Assembly (NCBI GenBank): GCA_900128565.1
Contig: LT635950.1
Location: 1-34,728 of the forward strand
Length of the DNA: 34,728 bases
From: Stramenopiles sp. TOSAG23-6
Taxonomy: Eukaryota
Reading direction: 5' to 3'
Each line of letters opens with the position of its first letter. Position 1 is the first letter of the stretch. The notes beneath the pieces were generated by a model. The model worked only from the letters and a program-made list of their open reading frames with translations, ran no database searches and was not told the DNA's origin. Below are positions 9,361 to 22,456 of the stretch, in pieces. The position numbers were made by a program, and so were the translations under genes.

Positions 9361-11920
9361 ATGAATCGCCCAAATTCGTCACCAGATACAAACAAAACAT
9401 TCCCAAGGCATGAAAGAGAGTCAATAGCAAGGCGTACAAAGTCTGCACAAACCAATTACAAAAAATCTCTGGATGAAAGAACACGAAAAGGACAGTTGGC
9501 AGATGAAAAGTTAAAACATTTTTTTTCAGAACAAGCCTCTTCTTCCAAAAACACCAAAAAACGAGTGACATATTCAGAATCTCGAACACCGAATGCCCCT
9601 TCTGTGGATTTTGGTGCCTCTAGTCGAGATGATATGTTAAAACATGCAAATCTGCTTGGTGGACTTCGACCTCGTGATATGTCAGAGTTTGGTGATTCTG
9701 TTGATTATAATAAGGTATTCTATACCAAACATAATTCACGTGTACCTAATCCACCGTCTGTTGATTTTGGTGCTTCAACAAGAGATGATATGTTAAAACA
9801 AGCAAATCTGCTTGGTGGACTTCGACCTCGTGATATGTCAGAGTTTGGTGATTCTGTTGATTATAATAAGGTATTCTATACCAAACATAATTCACGTGTA
9901 CCTAATCCACCGTCTGTTGATTTTGGAAAATCAAAACGATCTGATATTTATAAACGACACAATGAATTAGAACAAACATTACCTAGAGATATGTCAGAAT
10001 TCGGGGATTCCATAGATTATAATAAAGCGTTTACAACGGAACATAACTCACGTTTTCGAACACCATCACGTGTTGATTTTGGAGCATCTTCAAGAATTTC
10101 TGCAGCGAAATTAGCCACAGGCATGCCTGGTGCTCGTGTGATTGATAAATCCGACGAAATTGATTCAGTTGACTATAATAAGGTATTCTACACAAAACAT
10201 AATTCACGTGTACCTAATCCACCATCTGTTGATTTTGGAAAATCAAAAAGATCTGATATTTATAAACGACACAATGATTTAGGTGCTTTATTACCACAGG
10301 ATAAGTCTCAAGTGAATGATAGTGTTGATTACCATAAAGTATTTTACACTACACATAACTCACGCTTTCGAACACCCTCTCGTGTTGATTTTGGTGTTTC
10401 ACAACGAGACGACATAAAATTTCGTAATAATGATTTAGGAGCATTACTACCTAGAGATATGTCAGAGTTCAATGACTCCATAGATTATAATAAAGCGTTT
10501 ACAACGGAACATAACTCACGTTTTCGAACACCCTCACGTGTTGATTTTGGTGCTTCAAGCCGAGAAGAGATGTTAAAACATGCAAATCTACTTGGTGGAC
10601 TTCGACCTCGTGATATGTCAGAGTTTGGTGATTCTGTTGATTATAATAAGGTATTCTATACCAAACATAATTCACGTGTACCTAATCCACCGTCTGTTGA
10701 TTTTGGTGCTTCAACAAGAGATGATATGTTAAAACAAGCAAATCTGCTTGGTGGACTTCGACCTCGTGATATGTCAGAGTTTGGTGATTCTGTTGATTAT
10801 AATAAGGTATTCTATACCAAACATAATTCACGTGTACCTAATCCACCGTCTGTTGATTTTGGAAAATCAAAACGATCTGATATTTATAAACGACACAATG
10901 ATTTAGGTGCTTTATTACCACAGGATATGTCTCAAGTGAATGATAGTATTGATTACCATAAAGTATTTTACACTACACATAACTCACGCTTTCGAACACC
11001 CTCTCGTGTTGATTTTGGAAAATCAAGTCGAGAAGATTGTGAGAAATTGTCAAATGTTTTAAATACTGTTCAGTTTATAGATAAAAGTGATCAGCACGAC
11101 TCTACAATTGTAACATCAACTTTTGATAATGCAGCAGCAAAACGTCGAAAATCTTCATGTGATCATGATTTTGGTGCTGCAGATAGAGACGATTTATATC
11201 GAGTAATTCATAATTCTATGGGTATGTTTTTATTATGAATTTCGAAATTATTTTTTTTGTATCAAATTTTATATACCTAACGAATTTTTGTTTTTTTTTG
11301 GCATATTTTTTCACAAAATATGTGTGTCTACATCATATTCTGAAACAACAACTGCAAATTTTCCTGATAAAGTTGTTTCACATTTTGACTCCCGATTTAA
11401 AAGAGCACCAAGTTGTACATTTGGCAGTGGGGAGCGTGGTGATGTTTATTTATTAGCAAATCAACTTGGATCTAAGTTAGCACCGCATCCTCGTCGAGTT
11501 GCACGACAAAAAGAATTTGAAAGGAAATCGGAATTATTTGATCGAGGTTTGAAAGAAGTATTAGTCACAGACGATGAGAGCGATGAAGAAAAAACGAAAT
11601 ACGACACCAAGACTTCAATTCGTAGAGAATTAAATAGTACATTAAATAGTACATCAAATCAAAATGGAAAAGAGAAAAAAAACAAAAAGGTAATTTTAGT
11701 ACCACATAATTTAAAAAGTCGACATCCGGCAGTACCACGACAAAGTAAAAAAACACGAAATAAAAAAAGCAAATTTGATGATAATTTAGCAAAGATCAAA
11801 CTAGCAAATGCAAAACATAAACGTCAAAGAACGAAACAAAAGACAAAAATTATCAATAATGCTCGAGGCTGTTCAACTCAATGGATGAAATATTTTCAAA
11901 AAACACAATATAATGATTAA
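9361..11920 (+). CDS. 52-aa tandem-repeat protein (copy 2). Exons 9361-11221, 11322-11920
   Basis: Inverted copy of 4704-7263. Confidence 0.8.
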
Positions 11921-12003
11921 AAAATTATAAAACCCTACGTAACCCTCCCAATGGATGAAATATTTTCAAAAAACACAATATTATGACTTTAAAAATTATA
12001 AAT

Positions 12004-13166
12004 TTATTTCACTTTCGAAACAACAATTTTTTGTGATCCTTTCCACTCTTCGCCAACGTCAAGCACAATTTTATTATTTATTTGAGCGACTTCGTAACAT
12101 ATCATATTATGATATTCATCATCATTTAAATCAGTCATGTTTTGTACAAAAATATGTTTAAAGTTTAAAATTTGTTAGGTAAAAATTTCGTAGAAAAAAA
12201 AATGAGGGGTAACCCCTAACCCTAACCATAATTTTAAATGTAAGAAAAACCAACATGCGTTTTGATTTTTCAATCCAAGGATTCCACAATACACCATCAC
12301 GAAATCCTTGTGTATTATTTGTATTCGATGAATGATCCGAAAACACATTGATACAAGTTGTATCGTCTTGTAAAATAATATTTGAAGGTGCATTTAGATA
12401 AATCCGATCCATCTCATTTTCAATTGTAATTTCTTTTTCACTTTCTGTTTTTCGTGTTCGATTATCCAAGGAATCCAAATATGTACATCCAAGTAATCCA
12501 TTAACCTTTGTAGCATTGGTGTTTAGACGAAAATATGTATGAAGAGCCTGTATGATAATGATGTATCCAATAAAATATATGAAATATTAGATTTGGAAAA
12601 TCTTAAATTAAAAATTAAAAAATCATTGAAGGTAAAATTACAGCAGTAAACTCAAATTTTTGTTTTCCATTGTTTGTTACAATTAAATCTTGTTGTAAAG
12701 TGTTTTCAGTAATTGAAATATGCATTTTTAAGTTATACTTGTAAGGCCAACTTTTTACAAATGTGGAAAGAGACAACGAAGTTGAACATGAAGTTATTTC
12801 GTCTTTATCATTTCTATGTTGTATGATGTCACTATCATGAGTCCATGTCAACGTCCGTGCAAACCCATGACTTTTCTTCATTGGTCCACAATCACTAAAT
12901 TGAGGGAAGCATATAGGTATTCCACCACGAATTGCTTTTGGAGGTTTGAACACCGCTTTTTCACTAAGAAAGAGAATTTCACTGCCATTTAGCGTCCAAG
13001 AGGTAATATGACCCCCATGTAAGCAAACTATGACTGTAGCAGACGAAGTTTGTAACTTTACATGTGGCAGAGGAGGACGTGGGAAACTTGAATCATTCTC
13101 TTTTGAGATTTTATTTGATTGTAATGAATCATTCTCTTTTGAGATTTTATTTGATTGTAATGCCAT
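12004..13166 (-). CDS. Glucose-6-phosphate 1-epimerase (copy 2)
   Basis: Inverted copy of 3458-4620. Confidence 0.88.
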
Positions 13167-13888
13167 TTGTGTAAACGAATACTTTAGAAAACTTAGTGCT
13201 AGTACACAATTTGCAGTATACTTCGGGGTACCCACTCGTGATGTTTTTTGAAACTTTTTTCGTGGAAATGCCAGCCCTAACCCTAGTCCGTATTTAAAAA
13301 AGTATTTTTTCAGATCCGGTGATTTTCTTTTTTCTCTCGGCGTTAAATTAAAGACTACCTCATCCTATATACTACTATTCAGTACTACTATATATACGAC
13401 TATACACTGTATTACATATTGATACACTACTATACTACAATAATTTTACTAATAGAGAGATTCATCTAATAATTTCTTGACGAATAGTGTCAAAAAAATG
13501 TTTGGTCTTAAAACACTAGTATTTAGTATTGTTGTTTTAATAGGAATTGGTCTTTATTTTGGTATTGTTTCGATGGAAACACCTTCCAAAACGAAAACAT
13601 TAATTAAAACAAAGAAATTAGAAGCTCATGAAAGTGAGCCTCAACAACCAAAGAGTTTAATGCCAAGCTTTCGCTTTCGTAACTTTAGCACTTATTGAAT
13701 GACTATCAATTTTACACAGGGTTCCATAGAAACTTATTTCTATACAGAAAGTTTTCACTATTATATTTTGAGTTATATACGTTATATATTGAGTGGGTCA
13801 TAGGTAATATATACCTTTGATTGGGCAGCCATAATAAAACTAATAAAATACATATGATATTGATAATATTGTTTTATTAAGAAGCGTA

Positions 13889-16800
13889 TTAAAAATCAAG
13901 AATTGCATCTTCATCAAATTCGCTATATCCGCTATCACTTACGTCACCTGAAATATTGATACTATTTGAATCATCTTTATTCGGGCTGTTATTATTTGTT
14001 TGTCTTATGGTTAGGGTTTTGCTATCCTGTTCTTCAGATGAAGTTGTTACTTTATTATTTTTCTTATTTTCTGTTTGATCTTTAGACTTGGGCTGATATG
14101 TACGAAGTTTCGTACCTAATGAAATCTGAATTTTTTCAGTGTCATCCTTTGGAGAAACTGGAATAATAATTGTTTTAGCTGGTGGTGCAGGTATTGGAAA
14201 ACCTTCATAAGCAATGACGTCACTTGCTCGGCTATAATCACTCCAACCACCTAATACTGAAAAAGCTCGTACGCGACAAATGTACTTACGCCCTCGTTCT
14301 AATAAGTGACCACGTATTAAAAATGTATTTATTGTTATACTGGTTGCTCTTGTAATCGAACTTTTTTTTTTAGAGTTTTTTAGAGTTTTTTGTGTGTTTT
14401 GTATGTTTTCTGTATTTCGTGTTGGAGTGGTATGCGAATGTACTAAAGAATTCGATATATTATCATCATCCTTCGTATCGAATTCTGTATTATTCATTGC
14501 ATCATCTTTATCAAATGCTGCAGCTGTTATACTACTTACCCCACCAGCTGTACGCCAACCCCCAATGAACTATGGAAAAAAATGTCAAATTGAACATTTG
14601 TTAGTTTTTGTAACTTTTGAATTCTTTTGGATTCAGTACAAAAATAATAAATTTGAAATTAAATGATGAAAAACGTACATATATCGATGACCAATTTGAA
14701 CTTCATATTGTGTTGCACCTAAAACATCAGGCCATCGAATTGTGATACCAGAAAAAGAAATACCATTTTTTTGAAGTCTTGGTGGTGGTGGACGTGTTGT
14801 TGTTGGCGGTGGAGTCGGTGGTACAATTTGTTTTTCATATTTTAAATTGTTTTTTTGAAATTTATTATTCACTTCTAAAGACTCATTTAATTGGTCTGAT
14901 TCATGTAATAAGTGTATTGGTTTCATTCCATCTATGTTGTCATTAATACTACATCGACGGTCTGCCTCTACAACTTGGTCAAGTTCCTCTTCATTGATGA
15001 TACCTTTACTGTATATGTATTGTGAAAAAATATGTTACATTCCAAAGTTCATGTTATAAAAAAATGAATAAATACATTTAAAATTAATGATGAAAAAGCA
15101 TAGAGACTCTNAAAAAAAATANTTATGATGAAAACGTACTGCTCTCTAGCAATTTGAACTACATCACTTTCCATTGACATATTTGAGATATTCGACATTG
15201 CACTGCTAAACCGTTTCCGACTTTTATCATTCATGGTAGAATTATCATTATTATCATTAGTGAATAAACTAAACTGAACAGGTGTTTCGTGATGGTTAGT
15301 TTTGTTACCACTATCCGATAATGAAAAATCATCATCATCAAATTTTGTAACTGTTTTTTCTTTTTTAATATGATCATTTTCTGAATTTAAAGATTTTGAT
15401 CGTCTTCGATTCGTTTTATTAGTTAATGGAGAACCAATACGAACTTGTGGAAAAGGTGTTAATAATAAAGATTTTGTTGAATTTGTAGTAAAATCTGTAC
15501 TTGGTGAATAATTTATGGAAATATTATTTGGAGTATTTCGTATATTTGATGATAAATGATTGGGGTTAGGGTTTGTATTCTTTTCACCTATATTGTGTTG
15601 ACGTTCCATCAGTGGAGGGCATAAACCTGCTAATAATTCTGATGCTTGAACAGCTGCATTTACTTTTGTAGTATGTGTTACTGATCCTTCACAAGCTATC
15701 TGTACTAAAATGGTACGAAGCTTTTTAGACCAGATATTTTCATACCGATTTTCAGAATAATAATTATGAAATTTGTTTTGATCAACAGTTTTGTTTACTA
15801 TATCATCAATAATACCATGCTCTTTATCACTATTTGCTATTCCCAGAAATCGTAATAATGATGCAGTCGCACTGTCCCATGATACGCTTAAGTTGCAATT
15901 CAATTGCTTAGTTAAGAAAATATTATCCTTTGTATTATTATTATTATTAGTAGTAGTAGTAGTAGAATCATTTGTATTATTATTATTATTATTAGTAATA
16001 GTAGTAGAATCATTTGTATTATTATTAGTAGTAGTAGTAATAGTATTATTATTAGTAGTAATAGTAGTAGAATCATTTGTATTCTTCTTCTTATTATTAT
16101 TATTAGTAGTAGTCGTAGTAGAACAGTCTTTTTCATCTAGAGATTTAAGTGGTAACTCCAAATCAATTAATTGAACAGGCAGAAAAGTGTTTGTACCAAA
16201 AGACAACCATTGCATGTATTTTGAAAAAATATGTTTTACATTTTGAAATTCATAAAGTACAAAAAAAAATTGTACGGAAAAAAAAAATTGAAATTCATTA
16301 TGAAAATATATTCCAAAAAAAAAATTCTTTGTTTAGGTACAAAATTTCGTACCAAAAAAAATAAATTTAAAATTCATTATGAAAACATACATCACTTTAA
16401 CATCTTTTTTATAAAGGTCATGTAAATATTCTTGAGTACACACGGATACATCAATTGGTGGTCTTACTTGCAATGCTCCAATGTTTTGTAAAAAAATATG
16501 TCATTTTTTTTTGTTAGGTACAAATTTTTATAATAAAAAAATACGTACAAAAACCAAACAAAAAAATACATCGGATTTGGATTATCTAGAAAAAAACATT
16601 CGAAATTGATGGTGCGTAAACGTACATAGATGCTAATGCTATGGCTGTAGGTAATGTAATTGGAATACATCCAGTGATATTCATCATAGTTGAACTATTT
16701 GTTTTTGAATGTATCGTTTTAGATGTAGATCCCAAATTCAACATGCTTGAACGTCTTAATTTTGGTGTTGTATTCTTACTTGTATTTAACATACTTGAAC

Positions 16801-17753
16801 TTCTTGGTTTTGGTGTTGTAGTATTAGTATTAGTATAATGTGAAAATGTATCATCATTGGTATGCAAATTCGATATTAAGTCACTATTGAATTTTGTAAC
16901 TAAAGATTTTTTTGTACCTAATGAATTTCGAATTTGTTGTGACTCTTCACTTAAACCTGCTCGTCGCATTGCTAACATCTCCATAGCATCTCGCATTTGT
17001 TTAAGCTCAATCTCTTGTGCAGCAATTCGATTTTCTTGAGCAATAATGCGCAATTGTAAAGCTTTTTGCATTTGACACGTGTCATTACTATTAGGGTTAT
17101 CGATGTTTGAGTCAGGAGAATGAAATGAAAGTTGAGAATTTCGAGAGTACCGTGGTGATATTGGTGGTGTTGTTGGTGGTGATGGCATTTGTTTCATTAT
17201 CTCTTGTGGTGACTTATTTAGTGTATTTCGTGTTTTATACGACATCGTAGAATCATTGTCCATCATTAAAGTAGTAAATTCAATAGTCCGTTGATACATA
17301 TTTCGTTCATGTATTGTGGAAAAATATGTTGTATTTGAAAATTGTCAATAAAAAATCCTTAGGTACAAAATGTGGCGCAAAAATATAAATAAAAATTGTT
17401 ACGTACGAAATTTACGAAATTTCATACGAAAAATACATAAATTTAAAATTCATGATGAAAACGTACATGTAAATACTCCACAATATCTGCAAATTTCCAA
17501 TGTAAAACTTTTGTACTATCAATTGTTTGTATCCACATTCCAGGTGATACACCCTTTTTCTTTAACTCATTAATTCTATTGAGTACAGTAGTCACTGTGT
17601 TATTTCGTGTTTTATTACTAGGGTTAGGATTTCCCACAATTTTTGTAGGCGTTTTTTTGCCTTCATTAAAATTTTCAATCTGCGCTCCTCTTCTATGCAA
17701 ACCACACTTTAATTGCAAACCCAATGCACCAGAAGGGACATTAACAATAACAG
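13889..17753 (-). CDS. PDZ-domain and fibronectin type III domain protein, 5'-partial. Exons 17753-17467, 17308-16626, 16480-16391, 16213-15140, 15014-14679, 14564-13889 (most complete copy)
   Basis: N-terminal VIVNVPSGALGLQL...GVSPGMWIQTIDSTKVLHWKFADIVEYLH|ERNMYQRTIEF resembles a PDZ fold (GLGL-type loop, alphaB, betaF). C-terminal ITIRWPDVLGATQYEVQ...GGW...LERGRKYICRVRAFSVLGGWSDYS matches the FN3 pattern. Five GT-AT introns join all ORF segments in frame to TAA. Domain calls are by eye. Confidence 0.75.
16481..16625 (-). other. Putative GT-AT intron (145 nt, phase 2); positions 1-143 are this intron minus its first GT
   Basis: tct at|GTACGTTTAC...CCTAAC...CATATTTTTTTACAAAACAT|t gga gives ALAS-I-GALQ. 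An in-frame AAG 18 nt downstream is an alternative acceptor. Confidence 0.72.
17309..17466 (-). other. Putative non-canonical GT-AT intron (158 nt, phase 0)
   Basis: Minus strand cat|GTACGTTTTCATCATG...CATATTTTTCCACAATACAT|gaa joins EYLH to ERNMYQ within the PDZ-like domain. The internal AAG (17358) is out of frame. Confidence 0.8.
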
Positions 17754-17896
17754 ACGTTTACGCACCATCAATTTCGAATGTTTTTTTCTAGATAATCCAA
17801 ATCCGATGTATTTTTTTGTTTGGTTTTTGTACGTATTTTTTTATTATAAAAATTTGTACCTAACAAAAAAAAATGACATATTTTTTTACAAAACAT

Positions 17897-20488
17897 TGGA
17901 GCATTGCAAGTAAGACCACCAATTGATGTATCCGTGTGTACTCAAGAATATTTACATGACCTTTATAAAAAAGATGTTAAAGTGATGTATGTTTTCATAA
18001 TGAATTTTAAATTTATTTTTTTTGGTACGAAATTTTGTACCTAAACAAAGAATTTTTTTTTTGGAATATATTTTCATAATGAATTTCAATTTTTTTTTTC
18101 CGTACAATTTTTTTTTGTACTTTATGAATTTCAAAATGTAAAACATATTTTTTCAAAATACATGCAATGGTTGTCTTTTGGTACAAACACTTTTCTGCCT
18201 GTTCAATTAATTGATTTGGAGTTACCACTTAAATCTCTAGATGAAAAAGACTGTTCTACTACGACTACTACTAATAATAATAATAAGAAGAAGAATACAA
18301 ATGATTCTACTACTATTACTACTAATAATAATACTATTACTACTACTACTAATAATAATACAAATGATTCTACTACTATTACTAATAATAATAATAATAA
18401 TACAAATGATTCTACTACTACTACTACTAATAATAATAATAATACAAAGGATAATATTTTCTTAACTAAGCAATTGAATTGCAACTTAAGCGTATCATGG
18501 GACAGTGCGACTGCATCATTATTACGATTTCTGGGAATAGCAAATAGTGATAAAGAGCATGGTATTATTGATGATATAGTAAACAAAACTGTTGATCAAA
18601 ACAAATTTCATAATTATTATTCTGAAAATCGGTATGAAAATATCTGGTCTAAAAAGCTTCGTACCATTTTAGTACAGATAGCTTGTGAAGGATCAGTAAC
18701 ACATACTACAAAAGTAAATGCAGCTGTTCAAGCATCAGAATTATTAGCAGGTTTATGCCCTCCACTGATGGAACGTCAACACAATATAGGTGAAAAGAAT
18801 ACAAACCCTAACCCCAATCATTTATCATCAAATATACGAAATACTCCAAATAATATTTCCATAAATTATTCACCAAGTACAGATTTTACTACAAATTCAA
18901 CAAAATCTTTATTATTAACACCTTTTCCACAAGTTCGTATTGGTTCTCCATTAACTAATAAAACGAATCGAAGACGATCAAAATCTTTAAATTCAGAAAA
19001 TGATCATATTAAAAAAGAAAAAACAGTTACAAAATTTGATGATGATGATTTTTCATTATCGGATAGTGGTAACAAAACTAACCATCACGAAACACCTGTT
19101 CAGTTTAGTTTATTCACTAATGATAATAATGATAATTCTACCATGAATGATAAAAGTCGGAAACGGTTTAGCAGTGCAATGTCGAATATCTCAAATATGT
19201 CAATGGAAAGTGATGTAGTTCAAATTGCTAGAGAGCAGTACGTTTTCATCATAANTATTTTTTTTNAGAGTCTCTATGCTTTTTCATCATTAATTTTAAA
19301 TGTATTTATTCATTTTTTTATAACATGAACTTTGGAATGTAACATATTTTTTCACAATACATATACAGTAAAGGTATCATCAATGAAGAGGAACTTGACC
19401 AAGTTGTAGAGGCAGACCGTCGATGTAGTATTAATGACAACATAGATGGAATGAAACCAATACACTTATTACATGAATCAGACCAATTAAATGAGTCTTT
19501 AGAAGTGAATAATAAATTTCAAAAAAACAATTTAAAATATGAAAAACAAATTGTACCACCGACTCCACCGCCAACAACAACACGTCCACCACCACCAAGA
19601 CTTCAAAAAAATGGTATTTCTTTTTCTGGTATCACAATTCGATGGCCTGATGTTTTAGGTGCAACACAATATGAAGTTCAAATTGGTCATCGATATATGT
19701 ACGTTTTTCATCATTTAATTTCAAATTTATTATTTTTGTACTGAATCCAAAAGAATTCAAAAGTTACAAAAACTAACAAATGTTCAATTTGACATTTTTT
19801 TCCATAGTTCATTGGGGGTTGGCGTACAGCTGGTGGGGTAAGTAGTATAACAGCTGCAGCATTTGATAAAGATGATGCAATGAATAATACAGAATTCGAT
19901 ACGAAGGATGATGATAATATATCGAATTCTTTAGTACATTCGCATACCACTCCAACACGAAATACAGAAAACATACAAAACACACAAAAAACTCTAAAAA
20001 ACTCTAAAAAAAAAAGTTCGATTACAAGAGCAACCAGTATAACAATAAATACATTTTTAATACGTGGTCACTTATTAGAACGAGGGCGTAAGTACATTTG
20101 TCGCGTACGAGCTTTTTCAGTATTAGGTGGTTGGAGTGATTATAGCCGAGCAAGTGACGTCATTGCTTATGAAGGTTTTCCAATACCTGCACCACCAGCT
20201 AAAACAATTATTATTCCAGTTTCTCCAAAGGATGACACTGAAAAAATTCAGATTTCATTAGGTACGAAACTTCGTACATATCAGCCCAAGTCTAAAGATC
20301 AAACAGAAAATAAGAAAAATAATAAAGTAACAACTTCATCTGAAGAACAGGATAGCAAAACCCTAACCATAAGACAAACAAATAATAACAGCCCGAATAA
20401 AGATGATTCAAATAGTATCAATATTTCAGGTGACGTAAGTGATAGCGGATATAGCGAATTTGATGAAGATGCAATTCTTGATTTTTAA
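17897..20488 (+). CDS. PDZ/FN3 protein, 3' part (copy 3)
   Basis: Copy of 144-2735. Confidence 0.65.
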
Positions 20489-21210
20489 TACGCTTCTTAA
20501 TAAAACAATATTATCAATATCATATGTATTTTATTAGTTTTATTATGGCTGCCCAATCAAAGGTATATATTACCTATGACCCACTCAATATATAACGTAT
20601 ATAACTCAAAATATAATAGTGAAAACTTTCTGTATAGAAATAAGTTTCTATGGAACCCTGTGTAAAATTGATAGTCATTCAATAAGTGCTAAAGTTACGA
20701 AAGCGAAAGCTTGGCATTAAACTCTTTGGTTGTTGAGGCTCACTTTCATGAGCTTCTAATTTCTTTGTTTTAATTAATGTTTTCGTTTTGGAAGGTGTTT
20801 CCATCGAAACAATACCAAAATAAAGACCAATTCCTATTAAAACAACAATACTAAATACTAGTGTTTTAAGACCAAACATTTTTTTGACACTATTCGTCAA
20901 GAAATTATTAGATGAATCTCTCTATTAGTAAAATTATTGTAGTATAGTAGTGTATCAATATGTAATACAGTGTATAGTCGTATATATAGTAGTACTGAAT
21001 AGTAGTATATAGGATGAGGTAGTCTTTAATTTAACGCCGAGAGAAAAAAGAAAATCACCGGATCTGAAAAAATACTTTTTTAAATACGGACTAGGGTTAG
21101 GGCTGGCATTTCCACGAAAAAAGTTTCAAAAAACATCACGAGTGGGTACCCCGAAGTATACTGCAAATTGTGTACTAGCACTAAGTTTTCTAAAGTATTC
21201 GTTTACACAA

Positions 21211-22373
21211 ATGGCATTACAATCAAATAAAATCTCAAAAGAGAATGATTCATTACAATCAAATAAAATCTCAAAAGAGAATGATTCAAGTTTCCCACGT
21301 CCTCCTCTGCCACATGTAAAGTTACAAACTTCGTCTGCTACAGTCATAGTTTGCTTACATGGGGGTCATATTACCTCTTGGACGCTAAATGGCAGTGAAA
21401 TTCTCTTTCTTAGTGAAAAAGCGGTGTTCAAACCTCCAAAAGCAATTCGTGGTGGAATACCTATATGCTTCCCTCAATTTAGTGATTGTGGACCAATGAA
21501 GAAAAGTCATGGGTTTGCACGGACGTTGACATGGACTCATGATAGTGACATCATACAACATAGAAATGATAAAGACGAAATAACTTCATGTTCAACTTCG
21601 TTGTCTCTTTCCACATTTGTAAAAAGTTGGCCTTACAAGTATAACTTAAAAATGCATATTTCAATTACTGAAAACACTTTACAACAAGATTTAATTGTAA
21701 CAAACAATGGAAAACAAAAATTTGAGTTTACTGCTGTAATTTTACCTTCAATGATTTTTTAATTTTTAATTTAAGATTTTCCAAATCTAATATTTCATAT
21801 ATTTTATTGGATACATCATTATCATACAGGCTCTTCATACATATTTTCGTCTAAACACCAATGCTACAAAGGTTAATGGATTACTTGGATGTACATATTT
21901 GGATTCCTTGGATAATCGAACACGAAAAACAGAAAGTGAAAAAGAAATTACAATTGAAAATGAGATGGATCGGATTTATCTAAATGCACCTTCAAATATT
22001 ATTTTACAAGACGATACAACTTGTATCAATGTGTTTTCGGATCATTCATCGAATACAAATAATACACAAGGATTTCGTGATGGTGTATTGTGGAATCCTT
22101 GGATTGAAAAATCAAAACGCATGTTGGTTTTTCTTACATTTAAAATTATGGTTAGGGTTAGGGGTTACCCCTCATTTTTTTTTCTACGAAATTTTTACCT
22201 AACAAATTTTAAACTTTAAACATATTTTTGTACAAAACATGACTGATTTAAATGATGATGAATATCATAATATGATATGTTACGAAGTCGCTCAAATAAA
22301 TAATAAAATTGTGCTTGACGTTGGCGAAGAGTGGAAAGGATCACAAAAAATTGTTGTTTCGAAAGTGAAATAA
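21211..22373 (+). CDS. Glucose-6-phosphate 1-epimerase (copy 3)
   Basis: Direct copy of 3458-4620. Confidence 0.88.
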
Positions 22374-22456
22374 ATTTATAATTTTTAAAGTCATAATATT
22401 GTGTTTTTTGAAAATATTTCATCCATTGGGAGGGTTACGTAGGGTTTTATAATTTT

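Larger units (their letters stand above)
8340..16623 (-). repeat. Copy 2 (inverted) of unit, lacking the last 55 nt
   Basis: Reverse complement of 1-8284 (position 1 pairs with 16623, 8284 with 8340). Symmetry breaks at 8285/8339. Confidence 0.97.

Noticed and set aside
17579-17913. ORFs crossing the 17753/17754 junction
   Set aside because: Antisense to the PDZ exon and running into intron sequence across a probable chimeric join.
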